Shown in pieces: positions 9,824 to 16,330 of a stretch of DNA of 18,039 nucleotides. This stretch comes from Thermoplasmata archaeon. GTDB taxonomy: Archaea; Thermoplasmatota; SW-10-69-26; JACQPN01; JAJPHT01. The first letter of the stretch is position 1, and every line of letters begins with the position of its first letter. The notes under the pieces were generated by a model. The model was given only the letters and a program-made list of their open reading frames with translations, did not search any database and was not told where the DNA came from. The DNA lies in the NCBI GenBank assembly GCA_034667685.1, contig JAXDQU010000091.1:1-18039 (forward strand), read 5' to 3'. The translations under genes and the position numbers were made by a program.

Positions 9824-10573
9824 TCACTTGCAGTTCGAGATCGCCTGCTGCGACGCCTCGTGCCGCACCGTGCAGCCGTGCGCGCTGCCCGCGGCGGCCA
9901 CGAAGAAGGTCGTCGCCTTGCCGTCGTCGAAGGCGCGCGCGACCGCAAGGCCGTCGCCATCGAGGTCCGCGGCCGCGGTCCCGTTCGCGACGCGCGTCGT
10001 GCCCTTCAGCTTGTCGCGGCCGAACGTGACGGCCAGCGCGGGGTTCGAGCACGGCGCGGGCCAGCACGAGCCGCTCAGCGCGACGTCCGGCGCGCCATCG
10101 CCGTCGAGGTCGCCCGCGGCGGTGCCGTTGTACGCCAGGTTCGGGCCCGCCGCGTCCACGGTCCAGTGGGGCGTGACGTTGTACGCGGCGCCCGCCGGGC
10201 CCTGCCCGGTGTCGCCCACGATCGCGCAGCCGTCGACCGCGCAGTGGAACGTGCCGTTCGCGCTGCGGTCGAGCCCGCCCGGGATCGGCGCCTCGGAGGC
10301 CTGCCCGTGCGTCGTCGAGTTGGCCTGCCGCGCCTGCCCGTCCCACGAGTCCTCGTGGGTGACGCCGCCCTGCGTGTAGTTCCACGCGACGGCGCACGCG
10401 GTCGGGTTCGCGGGGCCGCAGGTCGTCGCGGCCCAGGCGTCCGCGCGCCCGTCGCCGTCCACGTCGCACCCGTAGACGGTGCCCTTGCGGCCGGGCTGCG
10501 CGCCGCAGGAAGGCGCGGCCGCCGCGAGAGGAATGCAGAGGAGCAGGGCAAGGGCGATCGGGAGCAGGCGCAT
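9824..10573 (-). CDS. Secreted Cys-rich protein with DxDGDG (FG-GAP/calcium-blade-like) motifs, 249 aa
   Basis: Signal peptide MRLLPIALALLLCIPLAAA from ATG 10573. Motifs DVDGDGRAD, DLDGDGAPD and DLDGDG. 10 Cys in the mature part. Confidence 0.75.
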   Translation of the reverse strand: MRLLPIALALLLCIPLAAAAPSCGAQPGRKGTVYGCDVDGDGRADAWAATTCGPANPTACAVAWNYTQGGVTHEDSWDGQARQANSTTHGQASEAPIPGGLDRSANGTFHCAVDGCAIVGDTGQGPAGAAYNVTPHWTVDAAGPNLAYNGTAAGDLDGDGAPDVALSGSCWPAPCSNPALAVTFGRDKLKGTTRVANGTAAADLDGDGLAVARAFDDGKATTFFVAAAGSAHGCTVRHEASQQAISNCK

Positions 10574-10620
10574 GCGCGGGGCAGCACGGAGGACCACATG
10601 GTCGTTCTCCGGAGGCCGTG

Positions 10621-10741
10621 TTCGAACCCGTCCCCGCTTCCGATTCCGATTCCTCTTCCGATTCCGCTTCCGACTTCCGACCCGGGAATCGGAAGTCGGA
10701 AGCGGAATCGGAAGAGGAGTTGGAATCGGGGACGGGTCGAA
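10621..10741. repeat. 121-nt hairpin made of TTCCGA/TTCCGC 6-7-bp units
   Basis: Perfect 30-bp arms at 10651-10680 and 10689-10718 with an 8-nt loop. Outer arms TTCGAACCCGTCCCC / GGGGACGGGTCGAA. It lies between divergent genes. Confidence 0.92.
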
Positions 10742-10742
10742 C

Positions 10743-10750
10743 CTTAATAC
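10743..10750 (+). promoter_or_regulatory. TATA-like box of rfcS
   Basis: CTTAATAC lies ~26-33 nt upstream of ATG 10776, the spacing expected for a leaderless archaeal transcript. Confidence 0.6.
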
Positions 10751-10775
10751 CCAAAGTGGTCCCTGCCCGCGCCCT

Positions 10776-11741
10776 ATGGAAGAGATCTGGGTCGAGAAGT
10801 ACCGGCCCCAGAAGCTGGGCGACATCATCGGCCAGGAGGAGATCACGAAGCGCCTCCAGGCCTACGTCGCGCAGCGCAACATGCCCCACCTCCTCTTCGC
10901 GGGCCCGCCCGGCACGGGCAAGACCACGAGCGCCGTCGCCCTGGCGAAGGAGCTGTACGGCGAGACGTGGCGCGACAACTTCGCGGAGCTGAACGCCTCC
11001 GACGAGCGCGGCATCGGCGTCGTGCGCGGCCGCATCAAGGACTTCGCGCGCACCGCGAGCCACTCGCAGGACATCCCGTTCAAGATCATCTTCCTCGACG
11101 AGGCGGACTCGCTGACCAACGACGCGCAGTCGGCGCTGCGCCGCACGATGGAGAAGTACGCGGGCAACTGCCGCTTCGTGCTCTCGTGCAACTACAGCAG
11201 CAAGATCATGGACCCGATCCAGTCGCGCTGCGCGCTGTTCCGCTTTCGGCCCTATGGCAAGCCCGACATGACGAAGCTCGTGCGCAAGGTCGCGCGCGAG
11301 GAGAAGATCGACGTCACGCCCGACGGGCTCGAGGCGCTGCTCTACGTCGCCGCGGGCGACATGCGCCGCGTCGTCAACACCATGCAGGTCGCCAGCGCCG
11401 GCAACAAGCACGTCACGGCGGAGAGCGTCTTCACCACGACCGCCACCGCCAAGCCCGAGGACGTCAAGCAGATGCTCGAGATGGCGCTCACCGGCAACTT
11501 CGCCGCGGCGCGCGACAAGCTCGACGAGCTGCTCATCGGCTACGGCCTCAGCGGCGAGGACATCATCCGCCAGATCCACCGCACCGTGTTCGACCTGACG
11601 GTCCCCGACAAGATCAAGGTCGACCTCGTCGAGCGCGTGGGTGAGGCCGACTTCCGCCTCGTCGAAGGCGCCAACGAGCGCATCCAGATCGAGGCGCTGC
11701 TGGCGCGATTTGCGTTGACGGGCGGGTCGCTCAAGATCTGA
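10776..11741 (+). CDS. rfcS: Replication factor C small subunit (clamp loader)
   Basis: MEEIWVEKYRP, Walker A GPPGTGKT, ELNASDERG, Walker B IIFLDEAD, SRC arginine finger, GDMR. 321 aa, no intein. Confidence 0.97.
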   Translation: MEEIWVEKYRPQKLGDIIGQEEITKRLQAYVAQRNMPHLLFAGPPGTGKTTSAVALAKELYGETWRDNFAELNASDERGIGVVRGRIKDFARTASHSQDIPFKIIFLDEADSLTNDAQSALRRTMEKYAGNCRFVLSCNYSSKIMDPIQSRCALFRFRPYGKPDMTKLVRKVAREEKIDVTPDGLEALLYVAAGDMRRVVNTMQVASAGNKHVTAESVFTTTATAKPEDVKQMLEMALTGNFAAARDKLDELLIGYGLSGEDIIRQIHRTVFDLTVPDKIKVDLVERVGEADFRLVEGANERIQIEALLARFALTGGSLKI

Positions 11742-11753
11742 AATCCTTGCCGG

Positions 11754-11837
11754 CCGCAGGAACACGAAGCCACGAAGTCACGAAGAGCACGAAGCTGAAC
11801 GTCTTCGTGCTCTTCGTGGCTTCGTGCTCTTCGTGTT
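11754..11837. repeat. CACGAAG-family hairpin (4+4 inverted units of 8-9 bp), copy 1
   Basis: Four CACGAAG units (11761-11794), an 8-nt spacer, then four CTTCGTG units (11803-11837). It lies between convergent rfcS and the methyltransferase. Confidence 0.92.
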
Positions 11838-11858
11838 GGCATGGGCCCGCGGACAAGA

Positions 11859-12620
11859 TCAGGCTCTGACGGCCACGAACCTCAGCCGCCAGTAGTCGGC
11901 CACCCAGCGCTCCCCGTCCCACAGCTTCGGACGGAGCCGCGCCGTGATATCATCCATGACGGCGACGCGGCGCGCCTCGGGCACGACCTCGAAGAGGTGC
12001 ATGCCGAACTGGAGGACCCAGCTGCGCAGGCCCGCCTCGCCCCCTTCGAGCGGCGTGGGGCGCGCGAAGAGCCGCGCCTCGCGCATGGAGAGGCCGTGCG
12101 ACTCCAGCAGCGTGGCGTACTGGGCGATGCTCGGGAAGTAGAGGTGGTCCTCGATGCGCGGCGCGTCGATGCCCGCCGACAGGATGGCCGCGCGCACGCC
12201 GCCCAGGAGCGTGGCGAGGTTGCCCTGCCCGCCCATCTCCGCGACGAAGCGGCCGCCGGGCTTGAGGGCGCGCGCCACGCACGCCGCGACGTCGCCGGGC
12301 GGCTGCATCCAGTGGAGCGCCGCGTTGCTGAACACCGCGTCCACCGGCGCGTCGAGGCGGAAGTCGCGCCCGTCGGCGACGCGCAGGTCGAGCCGCGGGT
12401 GCTCGGCCTTCGCCTTGGCGATCATGCTGGGCGAGGCGTCGAGGCCGATCACGTCCGCGCCGGCCTGCGCGATCTTCGCGGTGAGGTGCGCGGTGCCGCA
12501 GCCGAGGTCCAGGATGCGCTCGCCCTTCTGCGGCGATAGCAATTCGACGACGCCTTCGGCGCGCTGGTAGACCCAGGCGTGCTTCTGGTCGTAGGTCTGG
12601 GCGTTCCAGTCGCGGGGCAT
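11859..12620 (-). CDS. Class I SAM-dependent methyltransferase (trans-aconitate methyltransferase-like)
   Basis: Start MPRDWNAQTY at ATG 12620. Motif I ILDLGCGT, IGLDAS, DAVFSNAALHW, LKPGG, C-terminal ADYWRLRFVA. 253 aa. Confidence 0.92.
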   Translation of the reverse strand: MPRDWNAQTYDQKHAWVYQRAEGVVELLSPQKGERILDLGCGTAHLTAKIAQAGADVIGLDASPSMIAKAKAEHPRLDLRVADGRDFRLDAPVDAVFSNAALHWMQPPGDVAACVARALKPGGRFVAEMGGQGNLATLLGGVRAAILSAGIDAPRIEDHLYFPSIAQYATLLESHGLSMREARLFARPTPLEGGEAGLRSWVLQFGMHLFEVVPEARRVAVMDDITARLRPKLWDGERWVADYWRLRFVAVRA

Positions 12621-12663
12621 GCGGGCGCACCCTCTCTCGCCCCTTTGTCGCTTTCGCGCCGCG

Positions 12664-12755
12664 CCCGCCCGAACACGAAGAGCACGAGGCCACGAAGAGC
12701 ACGAAGTCCGCGACTTCGTGTCTTCGTGCCTTGGTGCTCTTCGTGTTCCCGCGGG
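12664..12755. repeat. CACGAAG-family hairpin (4+4 inverted units), copy 2
   Basis: Four CACGA(A/G)G units (12672-12706), spacer TCCGCGA, then four CTT(C/G)GTG units (12714-12747). It lies upstream of the methyltransferase. Confidence 0.92.
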
Positions 12756-12767
12756 CCTCACGATGGG

Positions 12768-13037
12768 TCACACCAGCGCCCCAAACACCGCGCCGCCGAT
12801 CGCGAGCCCGAGCCCCACGAAGAGCGCGCGCTCGGGCAGCCGCAGCAGCACCGCGAGCAGGAACGCCAACGGCGCGGCGAGAAGGAGCGCGTGCGTGGCG
12901 GCGGCGAGGCTCCCGCTGTGGTGGTGCGCCGCCGGGTCGACGGCGCTCAGGGCGTTGAGGCCCATGCCGCAGAGGGCGCCGAGCACGGCGAACGCCGCGG
13001 GCCAGCCGACCGCAGCCCGCGGGGGCTCCCGGCTCAT
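12768..13037 (-). CDS. Small membrane protein (about 3 TM, HHH loop), 89 aa
   Basis: MSREPPRAAVGWPAAFAVLGALCG... Its ATG overlaps the moaA stop (ATGA, 13034-13037). Very hydrophobic. Confidence 0.7.
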   Translation of the reverse strand: MSREPPRAAVGWPAAFAVLGALCGMGLNALSAVDPAAHHHSGSLAAATHALLLAAPLAFLLAVLLRLPERALFVGLGLAIGGAVFGALV

Positions 13038-14032
13038 CGTGTCGCGGGCCTCCGCAGGCTCGCGTAGAGGTGCTGCGGGTCGCGCGCGCTGCGGGGCGGC
13101 GCGTCGTGCGCGTAGTACGGGGCGCGGCGGGCCACGACGCGGCGGAAGGCGTCTCGCACGCCCTCGTCGTCCAGGCCGCGCGTGGGCACGTCGTCGTCGA
13201 GCACGTTGAGGCACCCCTTCAGGTGGCCTTCGTGCGTGACGCGCAGGCGGTGGCAGTTCGCGCAGAAGTCCGCGTTTCCGACGGGATCCACGAGCTCGAC
13301 GGTGGCGCCGTTCTCCAGGTGGTAGACGGCGCGGTGGTGCATGCTGCGGCGCTCCACGAAGGCCGCGCGCTGCGCGAGCCAGGCGCGCACCTTGTCGAGG
13401 TCGACGCGGCGCGGGAGCATGTCGGTGCGGATCTCCGGCATGACCTCGATGAGCTGGAGGTGCAGGCCTTCGCGCGAGGCGACGAAGTCGACCAGCTCGG
13501 GCAGCTCGCCCAGCGTCTCGTCGAGGAGCACGGTGTTGATCTTCACCGGCGCGAGCCCCGCCGCGAGCGCGGCCTCGAGGCCGGCGAGCACGGGCTCCAG
13601 CGTGCCCCGGCGCACCGCGCGGAAGTGGCGCGCGTCGAGCGTGTCGATGCTGATGTTGAGGCGCGTGAGGCCCGCGTCGGCGAGCGCCTGCGCGCGGGGC
13701 GCGAGAAGGCTGCCGTTGGTCGTGAGCGAGACCTCCATGAACGTGGAGGCGCCGCGCACGATCTCCTCCAGGTCGCGGCGGAGCAGAGGCTCGCCGCCCG
13801 TGAGCTTGACGCGCGTGACGTCGAACTCGCGCGCGATGCGCAGGAGCCGCACGATCTCGGCCGCGCCCATCTCGCCCGCGTGGGGCGCGGCGGGCCCGCG
13901 CGTGTCGCCGAGGCCCTCGTTGTGGCAGTAGACGCACGCGAAGTTGCAGCGGTCCGTGAGGCTGACGCGCAGGTCGCTCACGTGCCGGTCGAACCGGTCG
14001 ACCAGCATCCGGTCCGTGCGGGGCGGGTCCAC
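13034..14032 (-). CDS. moaA: GTP 3',8-cyclase MoaA (radical SAM, archaeal type)
   Basis: LVDRFDR, LRVSLTDRCNFACVYCHNEG (CxxxCxxC), KLTGGEPLLR, TTNG, second cluster FCANCHRLR...GCL. Start is GTG 14032 or ATG 14008. Confidence 0.95.
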   Translation of the reverse strand: MDPPRTDRMLVDRFDRHVSDLRVSLTDRCNFACVYCHNEGLGDTRGPAAPHAGEMGAAEIVRLLRIAREFDVTRVKLTGGEPLLRRDLEEIVRGASTFMEVSLTTNGSLLAPRAQALADAGLTRLNISIDTLDARHFRAVRRGTLEPVLAGLEAALAAGLAPVKINTVLLDETLGELPELVDFVASREGLHLQLIEVMPEIRTDMLPRRVDLDKVRAWLAQRAAFVERRSMHHRAVYHLENGATVELVDPVGNADFCANCHRLRVTHEGHLKGCLNVLDDDVPTRGLDDEGVRDAFRRVVARRAPYYAHDAPPRSARDPQHLYASLRRPATR

Positions 14033-14069
14033 GGCGCGCCCAGCCGCCGCGGGGCTCTTAGCGGTTGGC

Positions 14070-14210
14070 TCAGGGGCCGCCGACGGGGTACTTCTCCATC
14101 ACGCGCGACTCGGACTCCGTCTCGCTCATGTCGTGCTCCTGGACGTTGTGCTGGATCAGGTCGTCGCGGGTCTCGAAGCCCTCTCCGCAGAAACACTCGA
14201 AGTCGGTCAT
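14070..14210 (-). CDS. 46-aa C2H2-like zinc-finger microprotein (not in the ORF track)
   Basis: Hand translation: MTDFECFCGEGFETRDDLIQHNVQEHDMSETESESRVMEKYPVGGP*. Pattern F-x-C-x-C-x3-F-x5-L-x2-H-x4-H. Nearly all codons end in G/C. Confidence 0.8.
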   Translation of the reverse strand: MTDFECFCGEGFETRDDLIQHNVQEHDMSETESESRVMEKYPVGGP

Positions 14211-14270
14211 GACCCGCAGGCCTGGCGCGCTCGCGGATAGGCCTTCTGGCGGATGGGTCGACGCGCGCGC

Positions 14271-14543
14271 TCAGCGGCCCTTGCGGCTGTGCGTCAGGTT
14301 GTACTCGCGGAAGAGCGCCTCGCCCAGGACGGTCTCGGCCTCGCTGGCGTGGCGGTGGCGGAAGAGGCGCACGACGTCCTCCTCGGGAAGGTGCGGGCAC
14401 TCGTTCAGGATGAGCGTGTAGATGTCCGAGGCCCAGTCGGACCCCTGGATGGTCTTCAGGCCCTCGCGGTACTGGCGCTCAAGCACGTTGGTGGCGATGT
14501 CCTTGGCGCGGTCCACCGGCGGGCGGGGATCCAGGAGGGCCAT
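14271..14543 (-). CDS. Hypothetical protein, 90 aa
   Basis: MALLDPRPPVDRAKDIATNVLERQY... from ATG 14543. Good codon bias and a T-rich box (CTTTTT, minus strand ~14569-14574) at the expected distance. Confidence 0.72.
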   Translation of the reverse strand: MALLDPRPPVDRAKDIATNVLERQYREGLKTIQGSDWASDIYTLILNECPHLPEEDVVRLFRHRHASEAETVLGEALFREYNLTHSRKGR

Positions 14544-14642
14544 GCCCCGCGCTACGGTCGTGGCATGCAAAAAGATTCGCGAACCGCGGTCATGCAGCCG
14601 ACCACGCGGGCGCCCCGGACACGGTGACGCCGAATCACCTAA

Positions 14643-14663
14643 TTACGATACGTAACCTTGAAG
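14643..14663 (+). promoter_or_regulatory. Candidate HxlR operator (TTACG-ATA-CGTAA) adjacent to a TATA-like box
   Basis: Perfect AT-rich palindrome at 14643-14655, followed by CTTGAAG ~26-32 nt upstream of the regulator ATG. Confidence 0.6.
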
Positions 14664-14688
14664 CCGGGATCGGCCGTGGTCATTTCCG

Positions 14689-15105
14689 ATGGCTCCCCCC
14701 CGCCCCCTCGCGGTCGCCACCCGCCCCAAGGTGGACCTCTGCCCCGTCACGGAGACGGCCAAGATCATCGGCAAGAAGTGGTACCTCATCATCCTCCACG
14801 AGCTGACCCGCACGCCGATGGGCTTCAACGAGCTCAAGCGCGCGGTTCGTGGCATCAGCGCCAAGGTCCTCAGCGAGAACCTGGGCGAGCTGGAGGCGCG
14901 CGGCCTCGTCACGCGCACCGTCTACTCCGAGAGCCCCATCCGCGTCGAGTACGGCCTCACCGACAAGGGGCGCGAGCTGGACGGCATCTTCCTCTCCATG
15001 CGCGTCTGGGGCGAGAAGTGGGCCATCTGCCTCGACGACGCGGGCATGCCGACGCCCGCGATGGGCGTCTCGCGCGCGCCCGAGGCCGTCGTCCGGACCC
15101 CCTGA
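14689..15105 (+). CDS. HxlR/DUF24 (MarR-type winged helix) transcriptional regulator
   Basis: CPVTETAKIIGKKWYLIILHEL, FNELKR, ISAKVLSENLGELE, PIRVEYGLTDKG. N-terminal CP motif. Confidence 0.93.
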   Translation: MAPPRPLAVATRPKVDLCPVTETAKIIGKKWYLIILHELTRTPMGFNELKRAVRGISAKVLSENLGELEARGLVTRTVYSESPIRVEYGLTDKGRELDGIFLSMRVWGEKWAICLDDAGMPTPAMGVSRAPEAVVRTP

Positions 15106-15145
15106 GGGTCAGAGGTCTTTTTCCCTGCGGCGTCGAGCCGGGCCC

Positions 15146-15298
15146 ATGCCCGACGAGGAGCTGCCCGAGCTGACGAAGCTGCGCGCCTACGACCGCCAGG
15201 AGCACATCCGGCGCGCCATGGACGCCGGCATGACCCGCGAGCAGGCGGAGCGCCACGCGGACGAGGACTTAAGGGAGCGCGCCGACTCGCGGGCCTGA
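15146..15298 (+). CDS. Small charged hypothetical protein, 50 aa
   Basis: MPDEELPELTKLRAYDRQEHIRRAMDAGMTREQAERHADEDLRERADSRA. TGATG overlap with the next gene, good codon bias, T-rich box ~27 nt upstream. Confidence 0.65.
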   Translation: MPDEELPELTKLRAYDRQEHIRRAMDAGMTREQAERHADEDLRERADSRA

Positions 15299-15915
15299 TG
15301 GCCTTCCAGTGCCCGCCCGACTGCGGATGGTGCTGCACGCACCTGACGCGCCAGGTGCCGCGCGAGGAAGCCCGCGCCACGGGCGCCTTCCGCGCCGCCC
15401 TGCGCGAGATGGGCGTCTACCATTGCCGCGACGCGGTCACGACCGGGCTTTCGCTCTCGAACGCGGAGGCCGACGCGCTGCGCCGACGCGCCGCCGAGCG
15501 CCGGATGCGCCTGCCGCTCCACCCGCGCACCTACCTCCTGGAGACGCGCCGCCGCCTCGCGGTGGTCCTCGACTGGCACCTCTCGCGCGAGGTCTGCCCC
15601 TTCTACGCCGACTACCAGTGCACGGTCTACGAGGACCGGCCGCTCGTCTGCCGCGCGTTCCCCGTCATGGTCGCGAGCCCGATGTCGCTCGCGCCCGCGT
15701 GCCCCAAGGTGCCCGCGCCCGCCAGCGCCATGCGCGTGGAGCTGCGCGCCCGCCGCGCCATCGACCGCGCGCACGCGAGCCTCGACGAGACGGCCATGCG
15801 CGCGCTGGCGGGCGGACGCTTCGCCGAGGGGCTCGCCCCGGCCGAGGCCGCGCGCCGCCTGCGGCGTTACCGCCCCGTGGCCGTGGAGGCGTTCGTCGGT
15901 GAGCAGCCCGCGTGA
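15298..15915 (+). CDS. YkgJ-family cysteine-cluster protein (CxxCxxCC, putative Zn/Fe-S)
   Basis: FQCPPDCGWCC, then CPFYADYQCTVYEDRPLVCRAFP and a later CP. Confidence 0.88.
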   Translation: MAFQCPPDCGWCCTHLTRQVPREEARATGAFRAALREMGVYHCRDAVTTGLSLSNAEADALRRRAAERRMRLPLHPRTYLLETRRRLAVVLDWHLSREVCPFYADYQCTVYEDRPLVCRAFPVMVASPMSLAPACPKVPAPASAMRVELRARRAIDRAHASLDETAMRALAGGRFAEGLAPAEAARRLRRYRPVAVEAFVGEQPA

Positions 15916-16150
15916 CACGCTCAACCAGCTCAAGTGGCGCGAGCACGCGCTGGCGCGCTGCGAGATCGAGTACGTGCACCGTGGCGCTCCTGGAGACACG
16001 CGCATCGTTTCGGGCGCCGACGTCCGCGAAGTCGGATCGTGGGCCTTCGTCCTGGGCGAGGGGGCGCGCGAGGCCACGATCCCGTACCATCGCGTGCTCC
16101 GGATCACAGTCGGCGGCGAGGTCGTGTGGGCGCGCGCTCCTGCCCGATGA
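15899..16150 (+). CDS. DUF504/UPF0248 (MJ1316-like) protein
   Basis: RDTLNQLKW, YVHRGAPGD, IPYHRVLRI and VVW fit the archaeal DUF504 signature. GTG start overlaps the YkgJ gene by 17 bp. Confidence 0.85.
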   Translation: MSSPRDTLNQLKWREHALARCEIEYVHRGAPGDTRIVSGADVREVGSWAFVLGEGAREATIPYHRVLRITVGGEVVWARAPAR

Positions 16151-16167
16151 CGATGCCGGCGCGGGGC

Positions 16168-16259
16168 CGCCTCCGGCGGGAAAAATCACGGAATCTCCGA
16201 ATCACCGAATCGGGCGGAGATCCCGTGATCCGGAGATTTCGTCCTTTCCGCCGGAGGCG
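16168..16259. repeat. 92-nt hairpin with AATC(A/T)C(C/G)G 8-bp units
   Basis: Perfect 12-bp outer arms CGCCTCCGGCGG (16168-16179 / 16248-16259). Inner AATCACGG AATCTCCG AATCACCG face GGAGATCC CGTGATCC GGAGATTT. Confidence 0.85.
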
Positions 16260-16330
16260 AGCGGAGCCAGCCAACGTCCGCGGAACCCTCCTCCCCAACC
16301 TTTGTGCATGCCCTCGAGCGTGCGCGCCCG

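Noticed and set aside
10479-10775. N-terminal extension of RFC with an RFRFRF repeat
   Set aside because: It is the translation of the TTCCGA hairpin. RFC small subunits start at the M-x-x-x-WVEKYRP motif (ATG 10776).
11754-12755. Short repeats as a CRISPR array
   Set aside because: Units are 6-9 bp, directly tandem and inverted, with no unique 30-40-bp spacers and no cas genes. The same applies to the other repeat clusters.
13034-13110. moaA as a pseudogene because it lacks the C-terminal GG motif
   Set aside because: Archaeal-type MoaA proteins generally lack the bacterial GG tail, and both Fe-S motifs are intact.
14600-14648. Further AATC-family hairpin (GGTGAC...GAATCACC)
   Set aside because: Only one clear unit and a 5-bp stem, too weak to call, and it overlaps the candidate HxlR operator.
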